Positions 18,098 through 26,016 of a stretch of DNA of 64,000 nucleotides are shown here, in pieces. Source of the stretch: Anaerolineales bacterium (GTDB taxonomy: Bacteria; Chloroflexota; Anaerolineae; Anaerolineales; UBA11858). The DNA lies in the NCBI GenBank assembly GCA_045888315.1, contig JBGCVQ010000051.1:13038-77037 (forward strand), given 5' to 3'. Within the stretch, counting starts at the first letter, position 1. Each line of letters begins with the position of its first letter. Below the pieces are notes generated by a model. That model saw only the letters and a program-made list of their open reading frames with translations. It was not told the origin of the DNA and made no database searches. The translations under genes and the position numbers were made by a program.

Positions 18098-18346
18098 ACC
18101 TTCCAACAGGGCTCTTGTTTCCTTGTTAATGAGTTAAAAATGCAATATATAGTTGTTGAGAGAACTGAAAGCGTAATAATTATGTGATGGTATAAAAAAT
18201 GATTTTTAAGATAATTATGAATGATGATGGATAAAGAGTCCCGGGAGAATAATAAAAGTATATGAAAGCATGTCCCGGAAAGCTTGATTTCTATGGTCTG
18301 CGGTAGAATGTTTAAAGATCAATTGGGTATCAAGGAGTTGCGGGCA

Positions 18347-20356
18347 ATGACAGATAACAGCACTTTGGATCGAACAGCAGTCAACACCATCCGTTTCCTG
18401 GCTGCGGATGCAATTCAGAAAGCGAATTCAGGGCATCCGGGTTTGCCCATGGGTACCGCGGCTCTGGCGTACACGCTGTGGACAAAACACCTCAATCACA
18501 ATCCGGCTAACCCACACTGGGCTAACAGAGACCGATTTGTCCTCTCGGGCGGTCATGGCTCAATGCTGTTGTATGCCTTGCTGCATCTGACGGGATATGA
18601 TCTCTCATTGGACCAGATCAAGAACTTCCGGCAGTGGGGCAGCTTGACTCCAGGACATCCGGAATACGGATTGACGCCTGGTGTTGAGACCACCACGGGT
18701 CCACTTGGGCAGGGATTTGGGAATGGGGTGGGTTTTGCGATCGCAGAGGCTCATCTTGCTGCTGAATTCAATCGAGCTGGTTTTCCTGTCATCGATCACT
18801 ATACCTACGGACTGGTCACAGATGGGGATCTGATGGAAGGGGTATCTTCCGAAGCGGCTTCCCTGGCTGGACATTTGGCGCTTGGAAAATTGATCTATTT
18901 ATACGATAACAACCACATCACCATCGACGGATCCACCGACCTGGCTTTTACGGAGGACAGGGGTGCCAGGTTCGAGGCTTATAACTGGCAGGTCCTGCGC
19001 TTGGAGGACGGCAATGACATCGCCGCCGTGGACCGGGCCATCCAGGAAGCCAAGCTCGACCCCCGGCCTTCACTGATCATCTGCCGGACCCATATTGGCT
19101 ACGGACTGCCCACCAAGCAGGACACGGCAGAAGCCCATGGTTCTCCTCCGGGGGACGCGGAGCTTGATGGAGCCAAGAAAGCCCTGGGATGGCCGACTGA
19201 ACCTCGCTTTTATATTCCGGAAGAAGCCCGAAGCCTGTTCCTGAAAGCTCTGGAAGAAGGACGTGAGAAAGAGAAGAACTGGCAGGACCTCCTGGAGGCT
19301 TACACAAAAGCCTATCCTGACCAGGCTGCAGAATTGAAGCGCAGATTGGCAGGAGACCTCCCTGAGGTGTGGGACGTGCCGGAATTCCCGGCGGATCCCA
19401 AAGGAATGGCCACCCGGGCGGCATCAGGGAAAGTGATCAATCACCTGGCTGGGCAAATCCCAGAACTGCTGGGCGGGTCAGCGGACCTGGCGCCGTCCAA
19501 TAAGACCTGGATCAATGGCCAGCCTGATTTCCAGCCAGGCCGCTACCAGGGACGGAATTTCCATTTTGGTGTCAGGGAACATGGTATGGGCGCGATCATC
19601 AACGGGATGGCACTGCATGGCGGCTTGATCCCCTACGGTGGCACATTCCTGGTATTCTCTGATTATTTGCGGCCTGCTTTGCGGTTGGCTGCTTTATCGC
19701 ACATTCCGGATATCTGGGTCTTCACCCATGACAGCATCGGTGTCGGAGAAGATGGACCGACGCACCAGCCCATAGAGCATTTAGCCGCGCTGCGGGCGAT
19801 CCCGCAGCTGGTAACGATTCGTCCTGCTGACGCTAATGAGACAGCCCAGGCCTGGCTCTACGCTATCAATCACCGCCATGGACCAACTGTTTTCGCTCTT
19901 ACCCGCCAGTCTCTGCCGGTGATCGACCGCAGCCGCTACCAGAGTGCAGCAGGTTTGCACAAAGGAGCCTATATCCTGGGAGACCTGGGAGAGGATGGAC
20001 CTGAATTGATCCTGATGGCGTCAGGATCCGAGGTCGACTTGATCATCAAAGCTGGAGAAAAGCTGCAAGCGGAAGGGATCAGCCTGCGGTTGGTATCCTT
20101 CCCGAGCTGGGAGCTGTTCCTTCAGCAGGACCAGTCCTACCGGGATGAAGTGCTGCCGCCCGCCATCAAGGCCAGGCTGGCTGTGGAGGCAGGGGTTTCC
20201 CAGGGCTGGAAGGAATGGGTGGGGGATGAGGGAATGATCATCGGCATTGACAAGTTTGGAGCCTCAGCTCCTGCAGACCGGATCTTCAAGGAGTATGGAT
20301 TTACCGTGGACAATGTGATCGCCACTGTCAACGAGTTGAGAAGGAGGCTGAAATAA
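18347..20356 (+). CDS. tkt: Transketolase
   Basis: [46 protein letters not shown]. The ATG at 18347 has an AAGGAG Shine-Dalgarno 9 nt upstream. The ORF is open from 18284. Confidence 0.95.
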   Translation: MTDNSTLDRTAVNTIRFLAADAIQKANSGHPGLPMGTAALAYTLWTKHLNHNPANPHWANRDRFVLSGGHGSMLLYALLHLTGYDLSLDQIKNFRQWGSLTPGHPEYGLTPGVETTTGPLGQGFGNGVGFAIAEAHLAAEFNRAGFPVIDHYTYGLVTDGDLMEGVSSEAASLAGHLALGKLIYLYDNNHITIDGSTDLAFTEDRGARFEAYNWQVLRLEDGNDIAAVDRAIQEAKLDPRPSLIICRTHIGYGLPTKQDTAEAHGSPPGDAELDGAKKALGWPTEPRFYIPEEARSLFLKALEEGREKEKNWQDLLEAYTKAYPDQAAELKRRLAGDLPEVWDVPEFPADPKGMATRAASGKVINHLAGQIPELLGGSADLAPSNKTWINGQPDFQPGRYQGRNFHFGVREHGMGAIINGMALHGGLIPYGGTFLVFSDYLRPALRLAALSHIPDIWVFTHDSIGVGEDGPTHQPIEHLAALRAIPQLVTIRPADANETAQAWLYAINHRHGPTVFALTRQSLPVIDRSRYQSAAGLHKGAYILGDLGEDGPELILMASGSEVDLIIKAGEKLQAEGISLRLVSFPSWELFLQQDQSYRDEVLPPAIKARLAVEAGVSQGWKEWVGDEGMIIGIDKFGASAPADRIFKEYGFTVDNVIATVNELRRRLK

Positions 20357-20823
20357 TGCGTGTAGCCATTGGAATGGACCACGGAGGAATCCCCCTCAGG
20401 GAACCCCTGCTTGCATATCTCGAGGAATTGGGGTACGAGGTACTCGATTTTGGCACGGATTCTCCTAAAAGCGTCGATTATCCGGATTTCGCCGAAAAGG
20501 TCGGCCGGGCACTCCAGGAAGGCAGGGCTGACCGAGGTGTGTTGATCTGCGGATCTGGAGTAGGCGTGTGCATCTCAGCCAATAAGATACCTGGTGTGTA
20601 CGCTGCTACTTGCCATGACGCTTACAGCGCCAGGCAGGGAGTAGAGCATGATCATATGAATGTATTGTGCCTGGGAGGTCGCGTTATCGGGGATGAACTG
20701 GCTAAATTGCTGGTGAAGGAATTCCTGAGCGCAGAATATATCGGCGATAAACCTGGAGGAGAAAGGCATGCCCGCCGGGTGGGAAAGATTATCGATCTAG
20801 AGCAAAAAGGATTAGGTAAATGA
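20356..20823 (+). CDS. rpiB: Ribose-5-phosphate isomerase B
   Basis: [29 protein letters not shown], 155 aa. Its start overlaps the tkt stop. Confidence 0.9.
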   Translation: MRVAIGMDHGGIPLREPLLAYLEELGYEVLDFGTDSPKSVDYPDFAEKVGRALQEGRADRGVLICGSGVGVCISANKIPGVYAATCHDAYSARQGVEHDHMNVLCLGGRVIGDELAKLLVKEFLSAEYIGDKPGGERHARRVGKIIDLEQKGLGK

Positions 20824-21950
20824 ACGTCAGGATAGAGAAACTTAACCAGATCGGTCAATCGCTCTGGTATGACAATATAGAAAGGAAATTACTGGATGAT
20901 GGCACTTTGGAAAAGATGATCCAGCGTGGTGAGATCAGGGGGATGACCTCGAATCCGAGTATCTTCAACAAAGCCATCAGCAAATCCAATGATTATGATG
21001 ATCAGATCAAGAACCTGGTAGGGAAAGGGCTTTCCAGGGAAGAGATCTTTGAGAAACTCTCCGTGGCTGATATCCAGCAGGCAGCGGATCTTTTTGCGGA
21101 TCTGTATGATGAGACAGAAGGAAGGGATGGTTTCGTTAGTCTGGAAGTCAGTCCTTATCTGGCCGCTCAGACACAGGAAACGATCGCAGAAGCCAAGAAA
21201 CTCTGGCATCTCGTCAACCGTCCTAACTTGATGGTCAAGATCCCTGCTACCAAAGAAGGCTTACCGGCGATCACGGAATGCATCTCAGCTGGGTTGAACA
21301 TCAATGTCACCTTGATCTTCAGCCTCACCAGGTACCAGGAGGTGATCGACGCCTATCTGGCTGGCCTGGAAAACAGGTCTGCAGCGGGCCTGCCTCTGGA
21401 TCGTGCCGCCTCGGTAGCGTCCTTCTTCATTTCCAGGATTGACAGCAAGGTCGATGGTGAATTGGATGGCCTGCTGCAAGGTAAGGTTGGCGACCAGGGT
21501 GATAAATTCCGGTCCATGTTGGGAAAAGCTGGCCTGGCCAGTGGAAAGCTTGCCTACCAGATCTTCTTGGACAATTTTGAGCGCCAGGGGCAGAGGTTCC
21601 ATAAGCTGCAGGAGCTCGGTGCCCGTCCCCAACGAGCCCTGTGGGCTTCCACCAGCACTAAGAACCCTGCTTACCCGGATACCATGTACGTGGATAACCT
21701 GATAGCGCCCTGGACTGTCAATACCGTTCCCCCGCAGACCCTGGTAGCGTTCCTCGACCACGGAAAAGCGGATCTGTCCATTGAGACTGGTCTGGCGGAC
21801 TATCAGCAAGCTTTCCAGGATCTTGGCTCAGCAGGCATCGATATCGACCAGGTGACGGATGAATTGGAGCAAGAAGGCGTCAAAGCCTTCGCAGACGCAT
21901 TTACTTCCCTGCTGAACTCCCTCCAAAAGCGGATGGACGATTTCAGCTGA
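20820..21950 (+). CDS. tal: Transaldolase (long form)
   Basis: GQSLWYDNI..TSNPSIF..LMVKIPAT motifs. Confidence 0.9.
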   Translation: MNVRIEKLNQIGQSLWYDNIERKLLDDGTLEKMIQRGEIRGMTSNPSIFNKAISKSNDYDDQIKNLVGKGLSREEIFEKLSVADIQQAADLFADLYDETEGRDGFVSLEVSPYLAAQTQETIAEAKKLWHLVNRPNLMVKIPATKEGLPAITECISAGLNINVTLIFSLTRYQEVIDAYLAGLENRSAAGLPLDRAASVASFFISRIDSKVDGELDGLLQGKVGDQGDKFRSMLGKAGLASGKLAYQIFLDNFERQGQRFHKLQELGARPQRALWASTSTKNPAYPDTMYVDNLIAPWTVNTVPPQTLVAFLDHGKADLSIETGLADYQQAFQDLGSAGIDIDQVTDELEQEGVKAFADAFTSLLNSLQKRMDDFS

Positions 21951-21970
21951 CACCAGATTGTTTACAAGGA

Positions 21971-22612
21971 ATGATGAAAGGGCACGAACCTGAAACTATG
22001 GCAGGAATGACCCCGGATTTGAAGGAGGTCCTCGAGCGTTTGATTGCTCCAGATGCGCATCTGCGAAGTGGGGCTGTGGATGAATTGGCAGAAGTAGAAG
22101 GGGTTGAGGATGATCCCCTGTTCATCTACCTGCTGGCGACCCGGCTGTTGGACCCTGACCTGGAAATCCGCTTCCAGGTAGTGAAGGTGTTAGGACGGAT
22201 GCTTGAGTTCGAGCATAACCAGCACACCCTGCAGGGCAGGTCTTTGGAAATACTGGTCAGCTACCTGGCTGATTTTGAGAAGGACCAATATGTCAAGCTG
22301 CTGGAGGTCAGTGAAGCCTATTTAGCGGCAGAGGAATCGCTGACTGCGATCCTCAAAGTGTGTTCCTATGCGGGTAACTCTTTGGGTGGTATAGTGAATG
22401 ACCGCAAACTGCCAGTTCGGATCCGCCAGCAGGCGATCTTCTTCTGCGGCGAGATCGGTTTCATGGGTACAGCTGATGCTTTGAGAAATTTGATTTCGCG
22501 GGTGGAAAAAGATCGGATCCGGTCGGGGTTTGAGGCTGCTCGCAAGAATAAAAAGGATCAAGAGGCCCTTTATACGTATGCCTTATCTGCTCTGGGCAAG
22601 TTGGGGGTATAA
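21971..22612 (+). CDS. HEAT-repeat-like protein (hypothetical)
   Basis: Repeated helical LxxxDxxVRxxAxxxLG-like segments (LRSGAVDELAEV, LEIRFQVVKVLGRM, VRIRQQAIFFCGEIG). The assignment is weak. Confidence 0.45.
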   Translation: MMKGHEPETMAGMTPDLKEVLERLIAPDAHLRSGAVDELAEVEGVEDDPLFIYLLATRLLDPDLEIRFQVVKVLGRMLEFEHNQHTLQGRSLEILVSYLADFEKDQYVKLLEVSEAYLAAEESLTAILKVCSYAGNSLGGIVNDRKLPVRIRQQAIFFCGEIGFMGTADALRNLISRVEKDRIRSGFEAARKNKKDQEALYTYALSALGKLGV

Positions 22613-22633
22613 TTGCTCCCCAAAGGACAGAGA

Positions 22634-23257
22634 ATGGTCAAGAGAGTCCCGATCTTCATAGTCGTGCTGATAAGCCTAGTGGCTGTGGTCTTGTTCACAC
22701 TGGGAACAGAACAAGCCCTGGCATCTGGAACTGGCCAGCAGCCGACAGTATCCATCCCGACTGTCACTGGTTCACCGCAAGGTCCGATGGCTATCGTCTA
22801 CTCCGATCCCGAGGACCAGATCAATGTCCGCTCTGGGCCCGATGTTTTCTATCCCAAAGTGGGTGTGCTGATCAATCGTCAGCAGGTTCCCGCGCTGGCC
22901 CAAACGGAAGGCGGAGTGTGGGTGAAGATCGTATATCCTGGTGTTCCAGAGGGAGTTGCCTGGGTGTACGCTCCTTACGTCCGAGTGACTGGAGAGCTCC
23001 CCGTCGTCCCTAAACCGCCCACGCCTACCCCGGAAACCACGCCAACCATAGACCCCACCTTGGCTTCCCAATTCATCTCCGAGATCCCACCTACCAGGAA
23101 ACCCACTTATACTCCCGCGCCTCCTTTGGTCGTGCCGACCTATCAACCGGTCCAGATTTCCAGCGGTACTGGTGGTCTGCCCAGTGGTTTCATCATCCTC
23201 GGGTTGGCGTCAGTGGGCTTGTTTGGCCTGGTAGTGTCTTTCTTGAGGCGCTCCTGA
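22634..23257 (+). CDS. SH3b-domain protein with Pro/Thr-rich linker and C-terminal TM anchor
   Basis: N-terminal signal/TM, SH3b-like INVRSGPDVFYPKVGVL..GVWVKIVY, PTPTPETTPT linker and a C-terminal hydrophobic helix. The ATG at 22634 has an AAGGA Shine-Dalgarno. The ORF is open from 22613. Confidence 0.6.
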   Translation: MVKRVPIFIVVLISLVAVVLFTLGTEQALASGTGQQPTVSIPTVTGSPQGPMAIVYSDPEDQINVRSGPDVFYPKVGVLINRQQVPALAQTEGGVWVKIVYPGVPEGVAWVYAPYVRVTGELPVVPKPPTPTPETTPTIDPTLASQFISEIPPTRKPTYTPAPPLVVPTYQPVQISSGTGGLPSGFIILGLASVGLFGLVVSFLRRS

Positions 23258-23283
23258 TCAGCAGAACGAAGGATACTTAATAG

Positions 23284-23315
23284 AAAAAGACCAGGTGAGA
23301 TAACCTGGTCTTTTT
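23284..23315. terminator. Bidirectional rho-independent terminator
   Basis: AAAAAGACCAGG-TGAGATAA-CCTGGTCTTTTT between convergent genes. Confidence 0.85.
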
Positions 23316-23338
23316 ATTTTATGATCTTGCTCTTGTTC

Positions 23339-23695
23339 CTATCCGCAGCCGGTGGCGGGATCGCAGCCTGCGCATCCTCCCGAGTAAGCTGGGTTAGGGG
23401 CGTTCTGCTCGATCAGGAAACCACTGCGGTTGTTCTCTTCCACAAACTTGATGGTTGCGCTTTGCAGATACGCCAGGGTTTGGCCATCAACGATGACCTG
23501 TACGCCATGGCTGGTATAAACCTCGTCGCTGTCTCCGACCTGGTTATCCAGTGACATGCCGTACTGTGGGCCCCCTCAACCAACTCCTGCGATGAAAATT
23601 CGCAGGGAATGGCCCTCAAGATCCTGGTCCTTCAATAGCGTCTTTACGGCTATGGCTGCTTCTGGGGTCAGGGTGATGTTTTGTGTGTTTTCCAT
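23339..23695 (-). CDS. HesB/IscA-like Fe-S assembly protein with in-frame TGA (probable selenocysteine) at 23576-23578
   Basis: Hand translation from the ATG at 23695 gives MENTQNITLTPEAAIAVKTLLKDQDLEGHSLRIFIAGVG-[TGA]-GGPQYGMSLDNQ... This continues in frame into track ORF 23339-23557. The TGA aligns with the first ligand Cys of IscA (LRLGVRTSGCSGMAY). Confidence 0.7.
23549..23566 (-). other. Weak candidate SECIS-like hairpin downstream of the in-frame UGA
   Basis: mRNA CAGUAC-GGCAU-GU(C)ACUG starts 9 nt after the UGA. The stem is only 6 bp with a bulge, judged by eye. Confidence 0.2.
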
Positions 23696-23889
23696 GACTT
23701 TCCTGTGAGGTGAAATTAATAAATGTCACTATTTGAAGAATTTTAGCAGGATTGGCAGGTCTGTCAACGGCATTAGGGTGCCTGATTACAATCTTAGGGG
23801 GGAAATACGATGAAAATCACCTGAAAAAGGGCGTGATTGATTAGAAAAATGTAAAAAGAACTCTGGAAAAGCGTCGGGGGAGAGGCTGG

Positions 23890-23898
23890 TGTTATAAT
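23890..23898 (+). promoter_or_regulatory. Candidate extended -10 (TGTTATAAT) for the LmbE-like gene
   Basis: Perfect TGnTATAAT. It sits 5 nt before the first possible GTG, which argues for the downstream TTG start. Confidence 0.4.
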
Positions 23899-23942
23899 CC
23901 AGCGTGATTGGCAGTGGAATCCAATCAGAGGGAGATGGAAAG

Positions 23943-24800
23943 TTGGAAAAAAGGATCTTAGCGGTGCTGGCTCATCCAGATGATGAGTCATTTGGAATGG
24001 GTGGAACCCTGGCGAAATACGCCAGCGAGGGTGCCCGGGTCCAGCTGATCTGTGCCACCCGGGGTGAATCAGGAGAGGTTGAGCCTGCGTTCTTGGAAGG
24101 CCGCTCATCGATCGCGGATCTGCGCGTTGCTGAGCTTGACTGCGCTGCAAAAACCCTGGGGATAGAACAAGTACATCTGCTTCCATATCGGGATTCCGGT
24201 ATGACTGGCAGCCCCAACAATCAGCATCCCCAGGCGTTGATCAATGCTTCCCAGGATAAGGTGGCAGCCGAGATTGCGGATGTCATGAGAGAGTTCAAAC
24301 CGCAGGTGGTGTTGACCTTCGATCCTATTGGGGGCTACCGCCATCCCGACCACATTTTTATCCAACAAGCCGCTACCCGGGCCTTCCAATTGGCTGGGGA
24401 CCCGGGCTATCACAGCGCTCTAGAAGCTTTCCAGCCGTCCAGGCTCTATTATCACACCATCCCGCGCCGCTTTATCCGCTTCAACGTCCGCCTACTCAAG
24501 CTGCTGGGGAAGGACCCCAGCCGTTACGGGAAGAACAAGGATATCGACCTGACGAAAATGGCCGTCGACGATTTTCCTGTACACGTCAAGGTCCAATATG
24601 CCTCTGTCAAGGAAAAGAAACTGAACGCGTCCCGCTGCCATGCCAGCCAGGGAGGGCAGGGATTGACCAGAGGTCCCATGCGCTGGATCGCCTGGCTGTT
24701 AGGTGGAAAGCCGGCTGATCAGTTCATGCAGGCTTTTCCCGATCCTTCCTCTTTGAACGGGAAAGTCGCTGATGACCTATTTGCTGGGCTGCAGCAGTAG
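23943..24800 (+). CDS. PIG-L/LmbE-family N-acetylglucosaminyl deacetylase
   Basis: ILAVLAHPDDESFGMGGTLAKY and HPDH motifs. The TTG at 23943 has a GGGAG Shine-Dalgarno 8 nt upstream. The ORF is open from the GTG at 23904. Confidence 0.8.
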   Translation: MEKRILAVLAHPDDESFGMGGTLAKYASEGARVQLICATRGESGEVEPAFLEGRSSIADLRVAELDCAAKTLGIEQVHLLPYRDSGMTGSPNNQHPQALINASQDKVAAEIADVMREFKPQVVLTFDPIGGYRHPDHIFIQQAATRAFQLAGDPGYHSALEAFQPSRLYYHTIPRRFIRFNVRLLKLLGKDPSRYGKNKDIDLTKMAVDDFPVHVKVQYASVKEKKLNASRCHASQGGQGLTRGPMRWIAWLLGGKPADQFMQAFPDPSSLNGKVADDLFAGLQQ

Positions 24801-24812
24801 ACACGGAACATT

Positions 24813-24848
24813 AAAGAACCTGGCTCCAACTGCTGCCAGGTTCTTTTT
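24813..24848. terminator. Bidirectional rho-independent terminator
   Basis: AGAACCTGGC-(10 nt)-GCCAGGTTCT followed by TTTTT, with an A-run on the other side. It lies between convergent genes. Confidence 0.8.
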
Positions 24849-24881
24849 ACGTTTCATGGACTTCTCCGGCTCCAAATTGGA

Positions 24882-25532
24882 CTATGACCTTTCCTTTACC
24901 AGATAGATGCCGGGAATGCTGATGATCGTGGTCACTCCTTTGATGATCATGTTGCTGAAGAAGATCGAAGTGACGACACTCAAGGGCATCTTCCCATAGA
25001 ATGCCAGGAAACTGAACAGGAAGCTGTCGACCGGGATGCTGAGGGAATTACTGAACACAACCCGAGCCCATTCATAGCGCCGGGTCACTTTTTCGACCCA
25101 GATCCTGTACCCTTCGGTATCGATCAATTCCGCGATCACTTCTGCTATGATCGAGGCTAGAACGATCCGCCAGACCGGGGACAGCAAGGTCCCAAATGCG
25201 GTTTGGGGACCTACTGCCAGATCTGGGGGTAAGCTGGATACCAGCTTGAAGAACAGCGCCATAAGCACATTCACAACAGCTGCTGAGATGATCAGCATCC
25301 GGGCGATCTTGATGCCTGCTACTTTGTGCACCATGTCGCGGAGAGTGAAAGTCAGGGGATATATGAATGTGCCGGCATCTATGGAAAAACCAGCCACGAG
25401 TACGATCTGCAAACTGGCAATATCAGACAGCATCTGGGCAGCGACATAGAAGATCGACACCAGGACAGCCGAGGCCATCAGGTTAGTTTCCTCATTCCTT
25501 AGCTTCACAGTTGATGCTTCCATGGCTTTCAA
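24882..25532 (-). CDS. VUT-family queuosine-precursor transporter (YhhQ-like)
   Basis: Six-TM protein with a DAGTFIYPLTFTLRDMVHKV-type block typical of YhhQ/DUF165. The start is ambiguous (TTG 25532, ATG 25523 or a later ATG). Confidence 0.7.
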   Translation of the reverse strand: MKAMEASTVKLRNEETNLMASAVLVSIFYVAAQMLSDIASLQIVLVAGFSIDAGTFIYPLTFTLRDMVHKVAGIKIARMLIISAAVVNVLMALFFKLVSSLPPDLAVGPQTAFGTLLSPVWRIVLASIIAEVIAELIDTEGYRIWVEKVTRRYEWARVVFSNSLSIPVDSFLFSFLAFYGKMPLSVVTSIFFSNMIIKGVTTIISIPGIYLVKERS

Positions 25533-25972
25533 TCCTGGATCGTGAGGTCCTTGAGCGCCTGGCGAAGATGGTGGGCGTTTTTCTCCAGCTCTTCCTTGGT
25601 AGGAAGTTCAGCAGAGCGTGCTGATAGATTCAATTCAAAGCCATCGTTTTCAGCGCGGGGTATGATGTGCAGCTGCAGATGGGGGATGTTCTGGCCGGCA
25701 GCTCTGCCATCAGCCAGGTAGAGGTTGATCCCGTCGCACTCGAATCCGCTTCCGCGGATTGCTGATGCCAGATGCTGGCTAACGCGGATGAGATGGTGAG
25801 CGGTCTCGAGCGGCAGATCCTCTAAGGATCCGATGTGCTCGTTCGGTATCAACAATACATGGCCTGGATTGACAGGCTGCATGATCATCAGCGCTGAACA
25901 AAGGGAATTCTGATAGACGAAAGTTGCTGCCAGATCTCCTTTGATCATTCTACAGAAAGGACAATCTTCCAT
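25529..25972 (-). CDS. HIT-family nucleotide hydrolase/transferase
   Basis: Histidine triad HLQLHIIPR and an N-terminal CPFC zinc-like motif. 147 aa. Confidence 0.85.
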   Translation of the reverse strand: MEDCPFCRMIKGDLAATFVYQNSLCSALMIMQPVNPGHVLLIPNEHIGSLEDLPLETAHHLIRVSQHLASAIRGSGFECDGINLYLADGRAAGQNIPHLQLHIIPRAENDGFELNLSARSAELPTKEELEKNAHHLRQALKDLTIQD

Positions 25973-26016
25973 AATGGTTCCTTAGCTTGCCGCTGTAGAA
26001 GAGACCGGCTCATACG

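Noticed and set aside
18284-18346. Upstream TTG-initiated extension of transketolase ([21 protein letters not shown]).
   Set aside because: The extension has no homology to Tkt N-termini. The AAGGAG Shine-Dalgarno sits inside it, 9 nt before the ATG at 18347.
25973-26016. Possible preQ1-type riboswitch upstream of the HIT-YhhQ pair. It would be a small hairpin GCCGG...GCGGC followed by AAGCUAAGGA containing the Shine-Dalgarno.
   Set aside because: The context is attractive because preQ1 riboswitches often precede yhhQ/queT. However, the P1 stem is only 4-5 bp, the A-rich tail that defines preQ1-I aptamers is missing, and the spacer is only 44 nt. A cmsearch with the Rfam preQ1-I/II/III models would settle it. 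By eye it does not fit.
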